Positions 41,154-51,575 of a DNA stretch of 64,000 bases are shown piece by piece. Within the stretch, counting starts at the first letter, position 1. Each line of letters opens with the position of its first letter. Source of the stretch: Anaerolineae bacterium (GTDB lineage Bacteria > Chloroflexota > Anaerolineae > UBA1429); contig JAXGON010000005.1 in NCBI GenBank assembly GCA_040767425.1, positions 26,969-90,968 of the forward strand. The letters run 5' to 3'. A program made the translations under genes and the position numbers. A model generated the notes under the pieces. It saw only the letters and a list, made by a program, of their open reading frames with translations. It had not been told where the DNA came from and searched no databases.

Positions 41154-42260
41154 ATGGCACATCTGACCTGCTCGAGCTGCGGCGCCGACTATTCGCTGAC
41201 CGAGCCAGTCTGGCGATGTGCTTGTGGCGGCCTCCTGGATATTGTCCACACGCCCAAGCTCGATCCGGCGGCCCTGGCCCAGCTCCCGCCGACCCTGTGG
41301 CGCTACCGCGAGGCCATGGCCCTCGCTCCCAACGCTCAGCCGGTCACCATGGGCGAGGGATTCACGCCGCTGCTCCCGATCCAACTAGAGCGTACGCGCT
41401 TTCTGGCCAAGCTGGACCAGCTCTTTCCGACCGGCTCCTTCAAAGACCGCGGGGCCACCGCCCTGGTCACGCAGATGGCGGCTCTGCGGGTGCGCGTCGC
41501 GGTAGAGGACTCGTCCGGCAATGCCGGTTGCGCCATCGCGGCGTACGCGGCCCGCGCGGGCATTCGCTGCCACATCTATGTGCCCGCGTCCAACGCGCCG
41601 GCCAAGCTGGCCCAGATCGCGGCCTATGGTGCGCGGCTGCATCAGGTGCCGGGCACGCGACAGGATACGGCCGCGGCCGCCCTGGCGGCCGCTGAACACG
41701 CCTACTATGCCAGCCATGTGTGGAACCCCTTTTTCTTTGAGGGCACCAAGACCTGGGCGTATGAGGTGTGTGAGCAGATGGGCTGGCGAGCGCCCGACGT
41801 CGTGGTGCTGCCCGTGGGGAACGGTTCGCTGCTGCTGGGGGCCGCCATCGGTTTTCGCGAGCTGAACGAGATGGGCCTCATCGGCGAGATGCCTCGCCTG
41901 ATCGGCGTGCAGGCCGAGGGCTGTGCCCCGCTGGCTGAGGCCTACCGGCAAGGGCTCAGCGAGCCGGCACCAGCGGCCGCCGTCCACACCATGGCCGAGG
42001 GCATCGCCATCGCAGTGCCCCGGCGCGGCCGCCAGATCCTGGAGGCCATCCATGCCAGCCGAGGCACCGTGCTCACGGTGACTGACGACGCGTTGGCATC
42101 GGTGCAGCATGGCCTGGCGCGTCAGGGCCTCTACATAGAGCCCACCGCGGCAGCGGGGCCAGCGGGCGTGCTGCGCCTGCGGCAGCTCCAGGTGCTGCCC
42201 AAGGGCGCCACCGTGGTCACATCGCTAACGGGGCACGGCCTCAAGACGTTGCGCGCCTGA
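41154..42260 (+). CDS. thrC: Threonine synthase-like PLP enzyme
   Basis: CSSCG..CACGG, GEGFTPL, PTGSFKDRG, SSGNAG, PVGNG. Exact substrate not certain. Confidence 0.8.
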   Translation: MAHLTCSSCGADYSLTEPVWRCACGGLLDIVHTPKLDPAALAQLPPTLWRYREAMALAPNAQPVTMGEGFTPLLPIQLERTRFLAKLDQLFPTGSFKDRGATALVTQMAALRVRVAVEDSSGNAGCAIAAYAARAGIRCHIYVPASNAPAKLAQIAAYGARLHQVPGTRQDTAAAALAAAEHAYYASHVWNPFFFEGTKTWAYEVCEQMGWRAPDVVVLPVGNGSLLLGAAIGFRELNEMGLIGEMPRLIGVQAEGCAPLAEAYRQGLSEPAPAAAVHTMAEGIAIAVPRRGRQILEAIHASRGTVLTVTDDALASVQHGLARQGLYIEPTAAAGPAGVLRLRQLQVLPKGATVVTSLTGHGLKTLRA

Positions 42261-42387
42261 GGGTGGGCACAGCTCTACAGACTTGGCGTTGGCACTGTAC
42301 AGCCACGGCGGATTGGCTATACTAGGTGGCGGAGGAGCAGGCCGACGGCCTGCACAGGTATGCGACAAGGGAATAGGAGAGAAAGAG

Positions 42388-43395
42388 ATGCGCAAGACAC
42401 TGCTCGGCATCGTGGCTATCATGTTGATTGCGTCGCTGGGCCTGGCCGGCTGCGACGCGGTAGGTGGCGGCGGCGGCAAGTTCCAGATCGGTTTGGTAAC
42501 CGACGTGGGTCGTGTGAACGACCGCAGCTTTAACCAGGCGGCCTGGGAAGGCGTCCAACTGGCAGTGGAGAAGCTGGGCGCTGAGGCCAAGTACATCGAG
42601 ACGACCGATGCCAAGGACTATGAGGACAATATCCGTCAGTTCGCCGAAGAGGGCTATGACGTCATCGTGACGGTCGGCTTTGCCCTCGGCGAGGCCACCA
42701 CCAAGATGGCGGCCGAGTACCCCGACATCTACTTTATCGGGGTGGACCAGTTCCAGTCGAATCCGATGCCCAATGTGGTGGGCTTGGTCTTTCATGAGGA
42801 CCAGGCCGGCTATCTGGCCGGCATCCTGGCCGCCAGCCTGAGTGAGACGGGCACCATCGCTGGCGTGTTTGGCACCGACTTGATCCCGGCCGTCAAGGCC
42901 TTCAAGGAGGGTTACGAGGCCGGCGCCAAGTCCATTAATCCGGACATCGAGATTCTGTCCACCTACCATCCGGGCGAGATCAGCCAGGCGTTCACCGACC
43001 CCGAGTGGGGCGCGGCGACCGCAGCCCAGGCCATCGACCGGGGGGCTGACGTGGTCTTTGCCGCCGGTGGCATGACCGGGAACGGCGCCCTGGAGGAAAC
43101 GGCCACGCATGACGGGCTCTACTGCATCGGCGTGGATAGCGACCAGTGGGAGACGGTGCCCGGCGCCCGTCCTTGTCTGGTCAGCAGCGCCATGAAGCTG
43201 ATCACCCCGGCCGTGGCCGAGCTTTGCGAGCTGGCCCAAAAGGGCGATGCGCCGTCGGGCGACTATTACGGGTTGGCCGGCCTGGCCCCCTTCCACGACT
43301 TTGAGGACCAGATCCCCCAGGATCTCAAGGACCTGCTCGAAGAGACGGCCAAGGGGCTGGAAGACGGCACCATCAGCACGGGCTATGGCGGCTAG
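42388..43395 (+). CDS. BMP family ABC substrate-binding lipoprotein (nucleoside type)
   Basis: LAGC lipobox, DRSFNQ, GADVVFAAGG.TG.G, IGVDSDQ. Confidence 0.93.
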   Translation: MRKTLLGIVAIMLIASLGLAGCDAVGGGGGKFQIGLVTDVGRVNDRSFNQAAWEGVQLAVEKLGAEAKYIETTDAKDYEDNIRQFAEEGYDVIVTVGFALGEATTKMAAEYPDIYFIGVDQFQSNPMPNVVGLVFHEDQAGYLAGILAASLSETGTIAGVFGTDLIPAVKAFKEGYEAGAKSINPDIEILSTYHPGEISQAFTDPEWGAATAAQAIDRGADVVFAAGGMTGNGALEETATHDGLYCIGVDSDQWETVPGARPCLVSSAMKLITPAVAELCELAQKGDAPSGDYYGLAGLAPFHDFEDQIPQDLKDLLEETAKGLEDGTISTGYGG

Positions 43396-43418
43396 GGCTT
43401 GCTAGCGCGAGAGCGATT

Positions 43419-43452
43419 CACAAGGGGAGGCCCGCGCCTCCCCTTGTGTTTT
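43419..43452 (+). terminator. Intra-operon hairpin/terminator after the binding-protein gene
   Basis: CACAAGGGGAGGC-CCGC-GCCTCCCCTTGTG + TTTT. Confidence 0.7.
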
Positions 43453-43517
43453 GCGGGGAGCCTGCATAGAATCGTCTCTGTGCGAACCTGCTCATCTACC
43501 GCCACCGGGGAGTGCCT

Positions 43518-44693
43518 ATGCGTACCAAGAGCGCCCTGACCCGATCGGCTCCCTCAGGTCCCTCAATCCTCCGCTCCATCCGGATCCCGGGCCTGGCCAT
43601 CGTCACCGCCCTGCGAGTAGGGGCGATCATCATGGTGCTCTCGGGCGATAACCCCCTAGCGGCCTACTCGGGCCTGCTGCGCGGCTCGGTCGGAAATGCC
43701 TCGGCCATCTCGCAGACCTTGCGCAAAGCCTGCCCCCTGCTCCTCACCGGCCTCTCGGTGGCCTTTGCCTTCAAGGGTGGCCTCTTCAATATCGGCGCGT
43801 CGGGCCAGTTCCTGATGGGCACCATCTGCTCGGTGGCCGTCGGTGTCAGCTTTGAGGGGCTCGCGCCGGCCGTCCACATGCCGCTCGCGCTCCTAGCCGG
43901 CATGATCGGCGGGGCGCTCTGGGGAGCCATCCCGGGGGCCCTCAAGGTCTGGCGCGGCTCGCACGAGGTCATCACCACCATCATGCTGAACTATGTGGCG
44001 TCTCAGTTCGTCGGCTGGACCGTCTATGCCGGCGGGACCCAAGGCCAGCGCCCGGGGCCGCTCTCGGACCCAACTGCCGCCTCCTATGGGATCTCGGAGA
44101 CGCATGACGTCCTGGTCTCGGCTCGGATCCCCCTGTTCCTTCCCAACCTGCTGGATCGCGTCCATTGGGGCATCTTTATGGCCATTGGCGTTGCCTTGGT
44201 GATTTGGTGGGTGCTGAACCGCACCGTGCTCGGATACGAGGTCAAGACGGTGGGCAAGAACCAGGATGCCGCCCGCTACGCCGGCATGCGGGTGAACGGC
44301 ATCGTGGTGCTGACCATGGCCATCGCCGGGGCCCTGGCTGGACTGGCCGGCGCCATCGAGACCCTGGGGCTGAACTACAAGTTCGCACCCGAGTTCACCG
44401 GGAGCGCCGGCTTTGAAGGCATCACCGTGGCGCTGCTGGGCAAGGTGCACCCGTTAGGCGTGGCGCTCTCTGCCCTACTCATCGGCGCGCTGGACGCCGG
44501 ATCCGCCCGTATGCAGTTCCTCTCGGGCGTGGACGTCCAGATCATCCAGGTGGTGCAAGCGCTGGTGCTGGCCTTTGTGGCCGCGCCCGAGATCATCCGT
44601 GGCATCTATCGCCTGCGAGACCTGGGCGAAGGTTCGCCCGAGTTGCAGGCCCGAGTCGTCACCGCAGCAGAGGAGGCATCCGATGCAGGATAG
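43518..44693 (+). CDS. Nucleoside ABC transporter permease
   Basis: GLFNIGASGQ, HEVITTIMLNY, GFEGITVALLG. Confidence 0.92.
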   Translation: MRTKSALTRSAPSGPSILRSIRIPGLAIVTALRVGAIIMVLSGDNPLAAYSGLLRGSVGNASAISQTLRKACPLLLTGLSVAFAFKGGLFNIGASGQFLMGTICSVAVGVSFEGLAPAVHMPLALLAGMIGGALWGAIPGALKVWRGSHEVITTIMLNYVASQFVGWTVYAGGTQGQRPGPLSDPTAASYGISETHDVLVSARIPLFLPNLLDRVHWGIFMAIGVALVIWWVLNRTVLGYEVKTVGKNQDAARYAGMRVNGIVVLTMAIAGALAGLAGAIETLGLNYKFAPEFTGSAGFEGITVALLGKVHPLGVALSALLIGALDAGSARMQFLSGVDVQIIQVVQALVLAFVAAPEIIRGIYRLRDLGEGSPELQARVVTAAEEASDAG

Positions 44694-45738
44694 CGCCAGT
44701 CCCCGCCTGCAACGGTTCCTGCGCTGGTTCTCGCACGGTAGCGTCATCGCCACGTTGGTCGTCATGGCCGCCGCCGTCATCGTCGAAGTGACGGGCCTGG
44801 GCGAAGGCTGGCCGGGGATCTTTTTGGGGCGCGGCGTGCTCAGCTTTGCCTTGCGCGCGGCGGTGCCACTGACGTTGGGTGCACTCTGCGGCCTGCTCTG
44901 CGAGCGCTCGGGCATCATCAACATCGGCATCGAGGGGATGATGCTGGCGGGAGCCTTTGGCGCCTTTGCTGCCAAGGTCAACACCGCTAGCCTGCCCCTC
45001 TGGCTGAGCCTCACCATCGCGGTGGCGGCCGCGCTGGCCGTCGGCGCAGCCATGGGCTATATCCACGCGCTGCTCAGCATCCGCTTCAAGGTCGACCAGA
45101 TCATCAGCGGCACGGTGATCATCATCCTGGCCACCGGCCTGACCACCTACTATTTCAACCCAGACTGGGTCAGCATCGGCAAGATGGGTAGCGTGCCGAT
45201 CCCCCTGCTGAGCGACATTCCCATCCTGGGACCCGTCCTGTTCGACAATGGCGCCATCACCTATGCCACCTTGGCGCTGGTGGCGCTGCTCCAGATCCTG
45301 CTCTTCCATACTCGCTGGGGCCTGCGTACCCGGGCCGTGGGCGAGCACCCCCGCGCGGCCGATACCGTGGGCATCCGCGTGAACCGCATGCGTTATGTCA
45401 ATACCGTCTTGGGCGGCGTGCTGGCGGGCCTGGCGGGGGCGTTCCTGGTGCTGGAGGCTGTAGGTCAGTTCAAAGAGGGCATGACGGCTGGCCGCGGTTT
45501 TATCGCGCTGGCGGCCATGATCTTTGGCAACTGGAACCCGGTGGGCGCCTTTGGCGCGTCGCTGCTCTTTGGCTACAGCCAAGCCTTACAGAATGAGCTG
45601 CTGCTCGCAGGCATCACCACCATCCCGCGTCACTTTATCAGCATGCTCCCCTACCTCGTTACCATCATCGTGTTGGCCGGTTTCGTCGGGCGTTCGCGGC
45701 CACCCGCCGCCGAGGGCGAGGTCTATGAGACGGAGTGA
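44683..45738 (+). CDS. Nucleoside ABC transporter permease
   Basis: ERSGIINIGIEGMM, GLRTRAVGEHP.AAD, GRGFIALAAMIFG.W.P. Confidence 0.92.
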   Translation: MQDSASPRLQRFLRWFSHGSVIATLVVMAAAVIVEVTGLGEGWPGIFLGRGVLSFALRAAVPLTLGALCGLLCERSGIINIGIEGMMLAGAFGAFAAKVNTASLPLWLSLTIAVAAALAVGAAMGYIHALLSIRFKVDQIISGTVIIILATGLTTYYFNPDWVSIGKMGSVPIPLLSDIPILGPVLFDNGAITYATLALVALLQILLFHTRWGLRTRAVGEHPRAADTVGIRVNRMRYVNTVLGGVLAGLAGAFLVLEAVGQFKEGMTAGRGFIALAAMIFGNWNPVGAFGASLLFGYSQALQNELLLAGITTIPRHFISMLPYLVTIIVLAGFVGRSRPPAAEGEVYETE

Positions 45739-45742
45739 GGCC

Positions 45743-47308
45743 ATGGACCAAATCGCGTCCGACCGCGCACCCATCCTTCAAGCCCGCGGCATCACTAAAC
45801 GGTTCCCGGGGGTGGTGGCCAACGACCAGGTCGACCTGGACCTGTACCCGGGCGAGATCGTGGCGCTGCTGGGCGAGAACGGCGCCGGCAAGACCACCCT
45901 GATGAACGTGATCTATGGGCTGTACCGCGCCGATGAGGGCGAAATCCTGGTGGATGGAGAGCCGGTGGAGCTGGAAAACCCCGGCGACGCCATCGCCCGC
46001 GGCATCGGCATGGTGCACCAGCACTTTCAGCTGGTACAGCCCATGACCGTGACCGAGAACTTGATCTTGGGGGCCGAAATCACCGGGCGGCTGGGGCTCC
46101 TGGATCTTGACCGCGCCCGACGCCGCGTGCAGCAGCTCTCCGACGAGCACGGCCTGGCGGTGAACCCCGATGCCATCATCGAGGAGCTGCCGGTGGGCGT
46201 ACAGCAGCGGGTAGAGATCCTCAAGGCTCTCTACCGCGAGGCGCGCATCCTGATCCTGGATGAGCCCACCGCCGTCCTGACGCCGCAAGAGATCCGCGAT
46301 CTGTTCCGGGTGATGCGCGGCCTGGCAGAGCGCGGGCACGCCATCATCTTTATCACGCACAAGCTGCGTGAGGTGCTGGAAGTGGCGAACCGCATCGTGG
46401 TCATGCGGGGCGGCCGCCTGGTCGGACAGGCACTGCCGCAGGAATCCACCCAACAATCGCTGGCATCGATGATGGTGGGCCGCGAGGTGATTCTTCAGGT
46501 GCCCAAAGGCGTCGCGCAGCCCGGGCCGGTGGTGCTGAACGTGGACCGACTCCAGGTGGCGGGCGACCGCCCCGCCGGCGCTGGAGGAAGGCATCTGGTG
46601 GTGCGTGACGCCAGCCTCCATGTGCGCGCCGGCGAGATTCTGGGCGTCGCCGGCGTGCAGGGCAACGGCCAGACCGAGCTGGTAGAGGCATTGACGGGCC
46701 TAACCAAGCCCGTGGGCGGCACGGTGACCATCAGCGGCACCGATGTCACCCAGGCCTCGCCACGAGCGCGCATCATGCTGGGCATGGCCCACATCCCCGA
46801 GAACCGGCACCGCTATGGCATGGTGGACGAGGATCCGATCAGGGACAACCTGGTGCTGGACACCTACCACCAACCGCCGTTCTCGCGACGGGGTCTGCGC
46901 AATGATGATGCCATCGACGCCAATGCGCGGCGCCTGGTCGAGCAGTTCAGCGTACACACACCCAGCATCGATACGCCCGTGGGATCGCTCTCGGGCGGCA
47001 ACCAGCAAAAGGTCGTCGTCGCTCGCGAGCTGGGGCGCCCCATCAAGCTGTTGATCGCGGCGCAGCCCACCCGCGGCCTGGATGTCGGGTCCATCGAGTT
47101 CATCCACGGGCGCATCGTCGAGCAGCGCGACAGCGGCGTGGCCGTGCTGTTGGTCTCGGCCGAGCTGGACGAGATCCTGTCGCTCTCGGACCGCATCGCC
47201 GTCATGTACGAGGGCGAGATCATCGCTACGTTGGACGCTGCCGAGGCCACGCGGGAGCGCGTCGGCCTGCTGATGGCGGGCGTGCGGGAAGAGGCGGTGG
47301 TAGTGTGA
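45743..47308 (+). CDS. Nucleoside ABC transporter ATP-binding protein (two ATPase domains)
   Basis: GENGAGKTT, ILDEPT, LSGGNQQK, QPTRGLD. Confidence 0.95.
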   Translation: MDQIASDRAPILQARGITKRFPGVVANDQVDLDLYPGEIVALLGENGAGKTTLMNVIYGLYRADEGEILVDGEPVELENPGDAIARGIGMVHQHFQLVQPMTVTENLILGAEITGRLGLLDLDRARRRVQQLSDEHGLAVNPDAIIEELPVGVQQRVEILKALYREARILILDEPTAVLTPQEIRDLFRVMRGLAERGHAIIFITHKLREVLEVANRIVVMRGGRLVGQALPQESTQQSLASMMVGREVILQVPKGVAQPGPVVLNVDRLQVAGDRPAGAGGRHLVVRDASLHVRAGEILGVAGVQGNGQTELVEALTGLTKPVGGTVTISGTDVTQASPRARIMLGMAHIPENRHRYGMVDEDPIRDNLVLDTYHQPPFSRRGLRNDDAIDANARRLVEQFSVHTPSIDTPVGSLSGGNQQKVVVARELGRPIKLLIAAQPTRGLDVGSIEFIHGRIVEQRDSGVAVLLVSAELDEILSLSDRIAVMYEGEIIATLDAAEATRERVGLLMAGVREEAVVV

Positions 47309-47411
47309 CCATCTTGGGTAGGCAGGAACTGGCCACAGAGACCACCTCCAACTTCAGAGCAACGATACGGCGCTCGACGCCATCGTCTACCTGACCAAGA
47401 GCGAATAACTT

Positions 47412-49382
47412 GTGAACTCGTTCCTGAACACTGCTCGCATCTCGAGATCGACGAGGCGACTGAACACCGTACCGCTGGGGTCTTGGGCTTGGTTACCGCT
47501 ATTCCTTGCATGCCTCGCTGCGTTTTCCCTCTTGGGCATTCGACAGCACGTGAGCTTCCATACGTATGCCCTCGACATGGGCCAGTTCGATCAAGCCATC
47601 TGGAACACAAGTCAACGGCGCCTGATGGTCAACACTCTCAAGCCGCCCAACACTCTGGCGTGGCATTTTTCGCCCGGTCTGGTCCTGATCGCCCCACTCT
47701 ACTGGGTTTGGGAAGACATTCGAGTATTGATCCTCCTGCAGGCGACTGCGTATGCAGCCTCAGGGCTCCCGTTCTACTTTTATGCTCGAAAACGCTGGGG
47801 TACTCTTCCCTCGGTTGGCGTGCTCGCCGCCTACTATGGCTCGGCCACGCTACATCGACTTGCATTAGGAGAGTTCCGGCGCATCTCGCTAGCGGTCCCC
47901 GGCATCGCCCTCGCCTGGTACGGTCTCCGCGAGGAGCGCAATGGACCGTTGCTAGCAGGCCTGGGATGGGCGATACTCTTCAAGGAAGACGTGACAGCGC
48001 TGGTAATGGCTTTCGGGCTGTACCTGGCGTTGGCCCCGGGACAACGGAAAAAGCTGGGAGGCGCCCTCGTGGTAGCCAGCATCGCATGGCTAGGCCTCGC
48101 GCTGGGCGTCGCCATCCCTCACTTCCAAGGCACCTCACCGAGCGAAAGCGCCTACGGACAACTGGGCTACTACCAGGCCCTTGACCACGAGAACACGATG
48201 GCAGCCATAACCTCGCTGTTGCGGCAACCATGGCAGATCCTACGAAATGTTGTTCAGATCGATCGGCTCCGTGCTCTCCTTCGCGAACTAGCCTCCCTGG
48301 CAATGCTGCCGCTGCTGGCACCAGAGTGGCTGGCCTTGGCTCTACCATCCCTGATGCTCATGTTCGCCACCGATGTGTCAGCAGTCTACTCTCTGCAGGC
48401 CTGGTATATGGCAGCAATCTGGCCGGTCTTTTATGGGGCGGCGTTGGTTGGCATCGAACGTCTCGGGCAATGGAAGGGCCCTAGATTGCGAGACTGGGGC
48501 ATGGTAGCGCTCATCCTGGCCGTATTGGGGGGCTACCTCGCCCATAGTCCTGCACCAGGGGGCGGTCGATATGAGCCGTCGCGCTACAGGGTCGACCCGC
48601 GTCACCTTGCCGGCGCCCAAGCTCTGGCCGTCATCGCCGACGATGCCGCCGTTAGCGCACAAACGGGCACGGCGACTCACCTCAGCCATCGCGAGTTGAT
48701 ATGGGAGTATCCGCGAGGACTGGAAAAAGCCGACAATGTTGCACTAGACCTCTATGGCCATACCTACCCCTTGGGAAAAGAGGAGTACGTCGTCACCACG
48801 CGCGAACTTCTCATGGATACCAGTTGGTACATTGCTGCGGATGGCGGGGGCTTTATCGTACTGGAGCGGACGTCGGAACGAGGGCCAATGAGGGCCACGA
48901 ATCAGAGCCTAAGCGGAATGGCCACCCTAGTTGGCTGGGATATATGCGGTGGATCGCCCGAAAGAGTCTTGCAGCCCCTGCATGGAGATACCTTGAGGAT
49001 CGAGCCGGGTGACCGACTGCGAATCGACTTGTACTGGCGCGCGGACACCTCGATCGCAGCGGACTATTCCGTGTTTGTACATCTGCTGACAGACCAGGAT
49101 AGGCTCGTAGCCCAACATGATGCGCCACCTGGGTGGTTGGACCTTTGGCCTGACACCTGGGTACCCCCCGGTGCCCCCCAATGTACCAGGGCTTGGACAC
49201 CAGACCAGACCGTCCGCGATGTGCACTACATCGACGTCCCCATCGATGCCGAGGCAGTCACGGGAAAGATCGTGGTGGGGTGGTACGATAGCGTTACTAT
49301 GGAACGGCTCGGTGTGGATGGAGGCACTGACCATATCACACTCGTCGAGTTTGAGATCAGCGAAGGGGGTATATCAAGGTAG
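47412..49382 (+). CDS. DUF2079-like membrane protein (putative GT-C glycosyltransferase)
   Basis: DMGQFDQAIWN, HFSP, FKED, C-terminal DYSVFVHL..QHD domain. Start uncertain. Confidence 0.8.
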   Translation: MNSFLNTARISRSTRRLNTVPLGSWAWLPLFLACLAAFSLLGIRQHVSFHTYALDMGQFDQAIWNTSQRRLMVNTLKPPNTLAWHFSPGLVLIAPLYWVWEDIRVLILLQATAYAASGLPFYFYARKRWGTLPSVGVLAAYYGSATLHRLALGEFRRISLAVPGIALAWYGLREERNGPLLAGLGWAILFKEDVTALVMAFGLYLALAPGQRKKLGGALVVASIAWLGLALGVAIPHFQGTSPSESAYGQLGYYQALDHENTMAAITSLLRQPWQILRNVVQIDRLRALLRELASLAMLPLLAPEWLALALPSLMLMFATDVSAVYSLQAWYMAAIWPVFYGAALVGIERLGQWKGPRLRDWGMVALILAVLGGYLAHSPAPGGGRYEPSRYRVDPRHLAGAQALAVIADDAAVSAQTGTATHLSHRELIWEYPRGLEKADNVALDLYGHTYPLGKEEYVVTTRELLMDTSWYIAADGGGFIVLERTSERGPMRATNQSLSGMATLVGWDICGGSPERVLQPLHGDTLRIEPGDRLRIDLYWRADTSIAADYSVFVHLLTDQDRLVAQHDAPPGWLDLWPDTWVPPGAPQCTRAWTPDQTVRDVHYIDVPIDAEAVTGKIVVGWYDSVTMERLGVDGGTDHITLVEFEISEGGISR

Positions 49383-49436
49383 TCCCAGTGTCACATCAAG
49401 ACGTGCACGGTAAAAGCAACCAAAGGAGAGAGCCCC

Positions 49437-50309
49437 ATGTTCATCGACATCCACGTGCACACGAGAACGCTCCCCGGCCCCAGCCGCGACGGCAAACAGC
49501 CCTATGCTACACCGGCGCAGCTCATCGAGCGGTATGACGCCATCGAGGTCGAGCGGGCGGTGATCCTACCGGGTGTGAGCCCCGAATGCTCGCTTCAGCC
49601 GCAATCCAACGAAGAAGTGCTGGCCATTGCGCGGGAGAACGACCGTTTCATCGCCTTCTGCAACGTGGACCCCCGCGCCGTCGCCAATAGCCCCACGGCC
49701 GACTTGGGCCCAGTGCTGCGCCACTACAAGGAGCAAGGCGCCAAGGGCCTGGGTGAGATCACCGCCAACCTGCCGTTCCTAGACCCCATGGTGCAGAACC
49801 TGTTCCGCCACTGCCAAGAGGTGGGGTTCCCGGTCACGTTCCACATCGCGCCGGCGGTAGGCGGCTATTACGGGCTGTACGATGACCCCGGCCTGCCGCA
49901 GCTCGAACTGACGCTGAAACGGTACCCCGACCTGATCTTTTTGGGGCACTCGCAGCCGTTCTGGGCCGAGATGGCCCCGCTGCCCACGGTGGGCGCGCGC
50001 GACGGGTACCCCGATACCCCCATCACCAGCGAGGGGGCCATCCCCCGCCTGATGCGGCGCTACCCCAACCTGTGCGGCGACCTATCGGCCAACAGCGGCC
50101 GCAACGCCCTGGCCCGCGACAAGGCCTATGCGGCCAAGTTCCTGACCGAGTTCCAGGATCGCCTCTTTTTCGGCACCGACATCTGCGCGCCCGATACACC
50201 CACCGGCCTGGTAGACCTGCTACTGGAGCTGCGCGGATCTGGCGCCATCAGCGAGGCCGTCTTCCAAAAGGTGGCCCGCGAGAACGCCATCCGGCTGCTG
50301 GGCCTGTAG
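49437..50309 (+). CDS. Amidohydrolase_2 family metal-dependent hydrolase
   Basis: IDIHVH, KGLGE, FH, FLGH, FFGTD, ENA.RLL. Confidence 0.9.
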   Translation: MFIDIHVHTRTLPGPSRDGKQPYATPAQLIERYDAIEVERAVILPGVSPECSLQPQSNEEVLAIARENDRFIAFCNVDPRAVANSPTADLGPVLRHYKEQGAKGLGEITANLPFLDPMVQNLFRHCQEVGFPVTFHIAPAVGGYYGLYDDPGLPQLELTLKRYPDLIFLGHSQPFWAEMAPLPTVGARDGYPDTPITSEGAIPRLMRRYPNLCGDLSANSGRNALARDKAYAAKFLTEFQDRLFFGTDICAPDTPTGLVDLLLELRGSGAISEAVFQKVARENAIRLLGL

Positions 50310-50321
50310 GCTACTACCACC

Positions 50322-50354
50322 AACGGGGCTGGCTCTAGCGAGCCAGCCCCGTTT
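50322..50354. terminator. Bidirectional terminator
   Basis: AACGGGGCTGGCTC/GAGCCAGCCCCGTT between convergent genes. Confidence 0.7.
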
Positions 50355-50380
50355 CCCCTGCCTGCGCCACAACCGTGCCG

Positions 50381-50956
50381 TCAGCCTCCCTGGCGCTCCC
50401 GCAGGGCGCGGGCCATGCGGCGAGCCAGGTTCGTCACCGTCTGCAGGCCTACCACGTCCTCGGAGGCCTGCCCTACCACCGCCGCACCCGAGTGGCTAAA
50501 GTGGGGACCATCGGAGAGGGCTTGCATATCCTGCTGCAAAAAGAAGGTTTGCATATTCTGCAGCGTCAGCTCCTGGCCGCCGTTGCGGAACCCCCCGCAA
50601 GCGATCCCCGCGCCTAGTTTGCCCGACAGTCCGAAATCGCCGCCGGTGCGGAACATGACGCTCCGGTCCATCAACAGCTTCATCTGACCCGAAACCATGC
50701 CCATGTACACCGGCGAGGCCAGGATCAGGCCGTCACAGGCGGCCATCTGGTCCAGGATCGGGTCGGCGTCGTCATGATGGACACAGGTGCCATAGCGGCA
50801 ACGAAAGCAGCCCTCACAGGGATGGATGGTCAGCCCGGCCAGCGACAGATACTGTGTGTCGAACCCATCCTGATCCAACCAAGCCAGGGCGTGCCGCAGG
50901 GCGTAGGCCGTGTTCCCGCTCTCGTGCGGGCTGCCGCAGATTCCCAGAACCTTCAT
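50381..50956 (-). CDS. Iron-sulfur flavoprotein / NADPH-dependent FMN reductase family
   Basis: MKVLGICGSP..GNT, CEGCFRC...C, SPVY, RNGGQE. Own AAGGAGGT SD. Confidence 0.9.
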   Translation of the reverse strand: MKVLGICGSPHESGNTAYALRHALAWLDQDGFDTQYLSLAGLTIHPCEGCFRCRYGTCVHHDDADPILDQMAACDGLILASPVYMGMVSGQMKLLMDRSVMFRTGGDFGLSGKLGAGIACGGFRNGGQELTLQNMQTFFLQQDMQALSDGPHFSHSGAAVVGQASEDVVGLQTVTNLARRMARALRERQGG

Positions 50957-51439
50957 CGGCTCGAACCTCCTTGCTGAAGATCGACCGGCCCACAGATAGT
51001 ATATCTGACGCCGCACGCCATGGGGGTCGCGGGTTATCTCGCCCGGCCGAAACCCCAGCGCCTGGTAAAAGGCCCGCGCCGGCGCACCTAGAGGATCATC
51101 CTCACAAAAAGTGACCACCCGTACCTCTTCGCCCGCCGGCACCTGGGCCAAAAAGCCCTGCACCAGGGCACGGCCCACGCCCTGATGACGCGCGGCGGCG
51201 GCGACCGCCAGCCAGCCGATCTCGTAGGCCCCATCGGATCCACTCCAGAGCAGGCCGCCCAGCAGCGTCCCCTCAGCTCCATGGACGCAGAGGGCGCGCC
51301 CTTGCGCGATGGCATTCCCAACAGCCCGCGCAAAGCCAGGATCGTCGGCCATGGGCGCGCCGAACAGCGGCTCCACTTGGCGCGCCAACTCGCACCAAGC
51401 GGGGATGTCGGCCTCTTGGGCCGCGACCACACGAAACAT
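50957..51439 (-). CDS. GNAT acetyltransferase, reading in frame without a stop into the flavoprotein
   Basis: LAV...ARHQGVGRAL, ARAFYQALGF. AAGGAG SD before ATG 51439. Confidence 0.8.
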
Positions 51440-51575
51440 CGGGCACAGGCTCCTTGTCTCTCGCTGCGGAGGCATCACCGGCACAGTATAGCCTCACAGA
51501 GCTCGCCCTTGCCAGCAGTTCCACCAGCGTTATACTTGGCTGCGATCGGCTCGCCTAGGCAGAGAGGAGCCCGCC

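Noticed and set aside
42322-46621. Long antisense ORFs over the ABC operon (and similar ones elsewhere)
   Set aside because: Typical high-GC shadow frames opposite well-supported genes.
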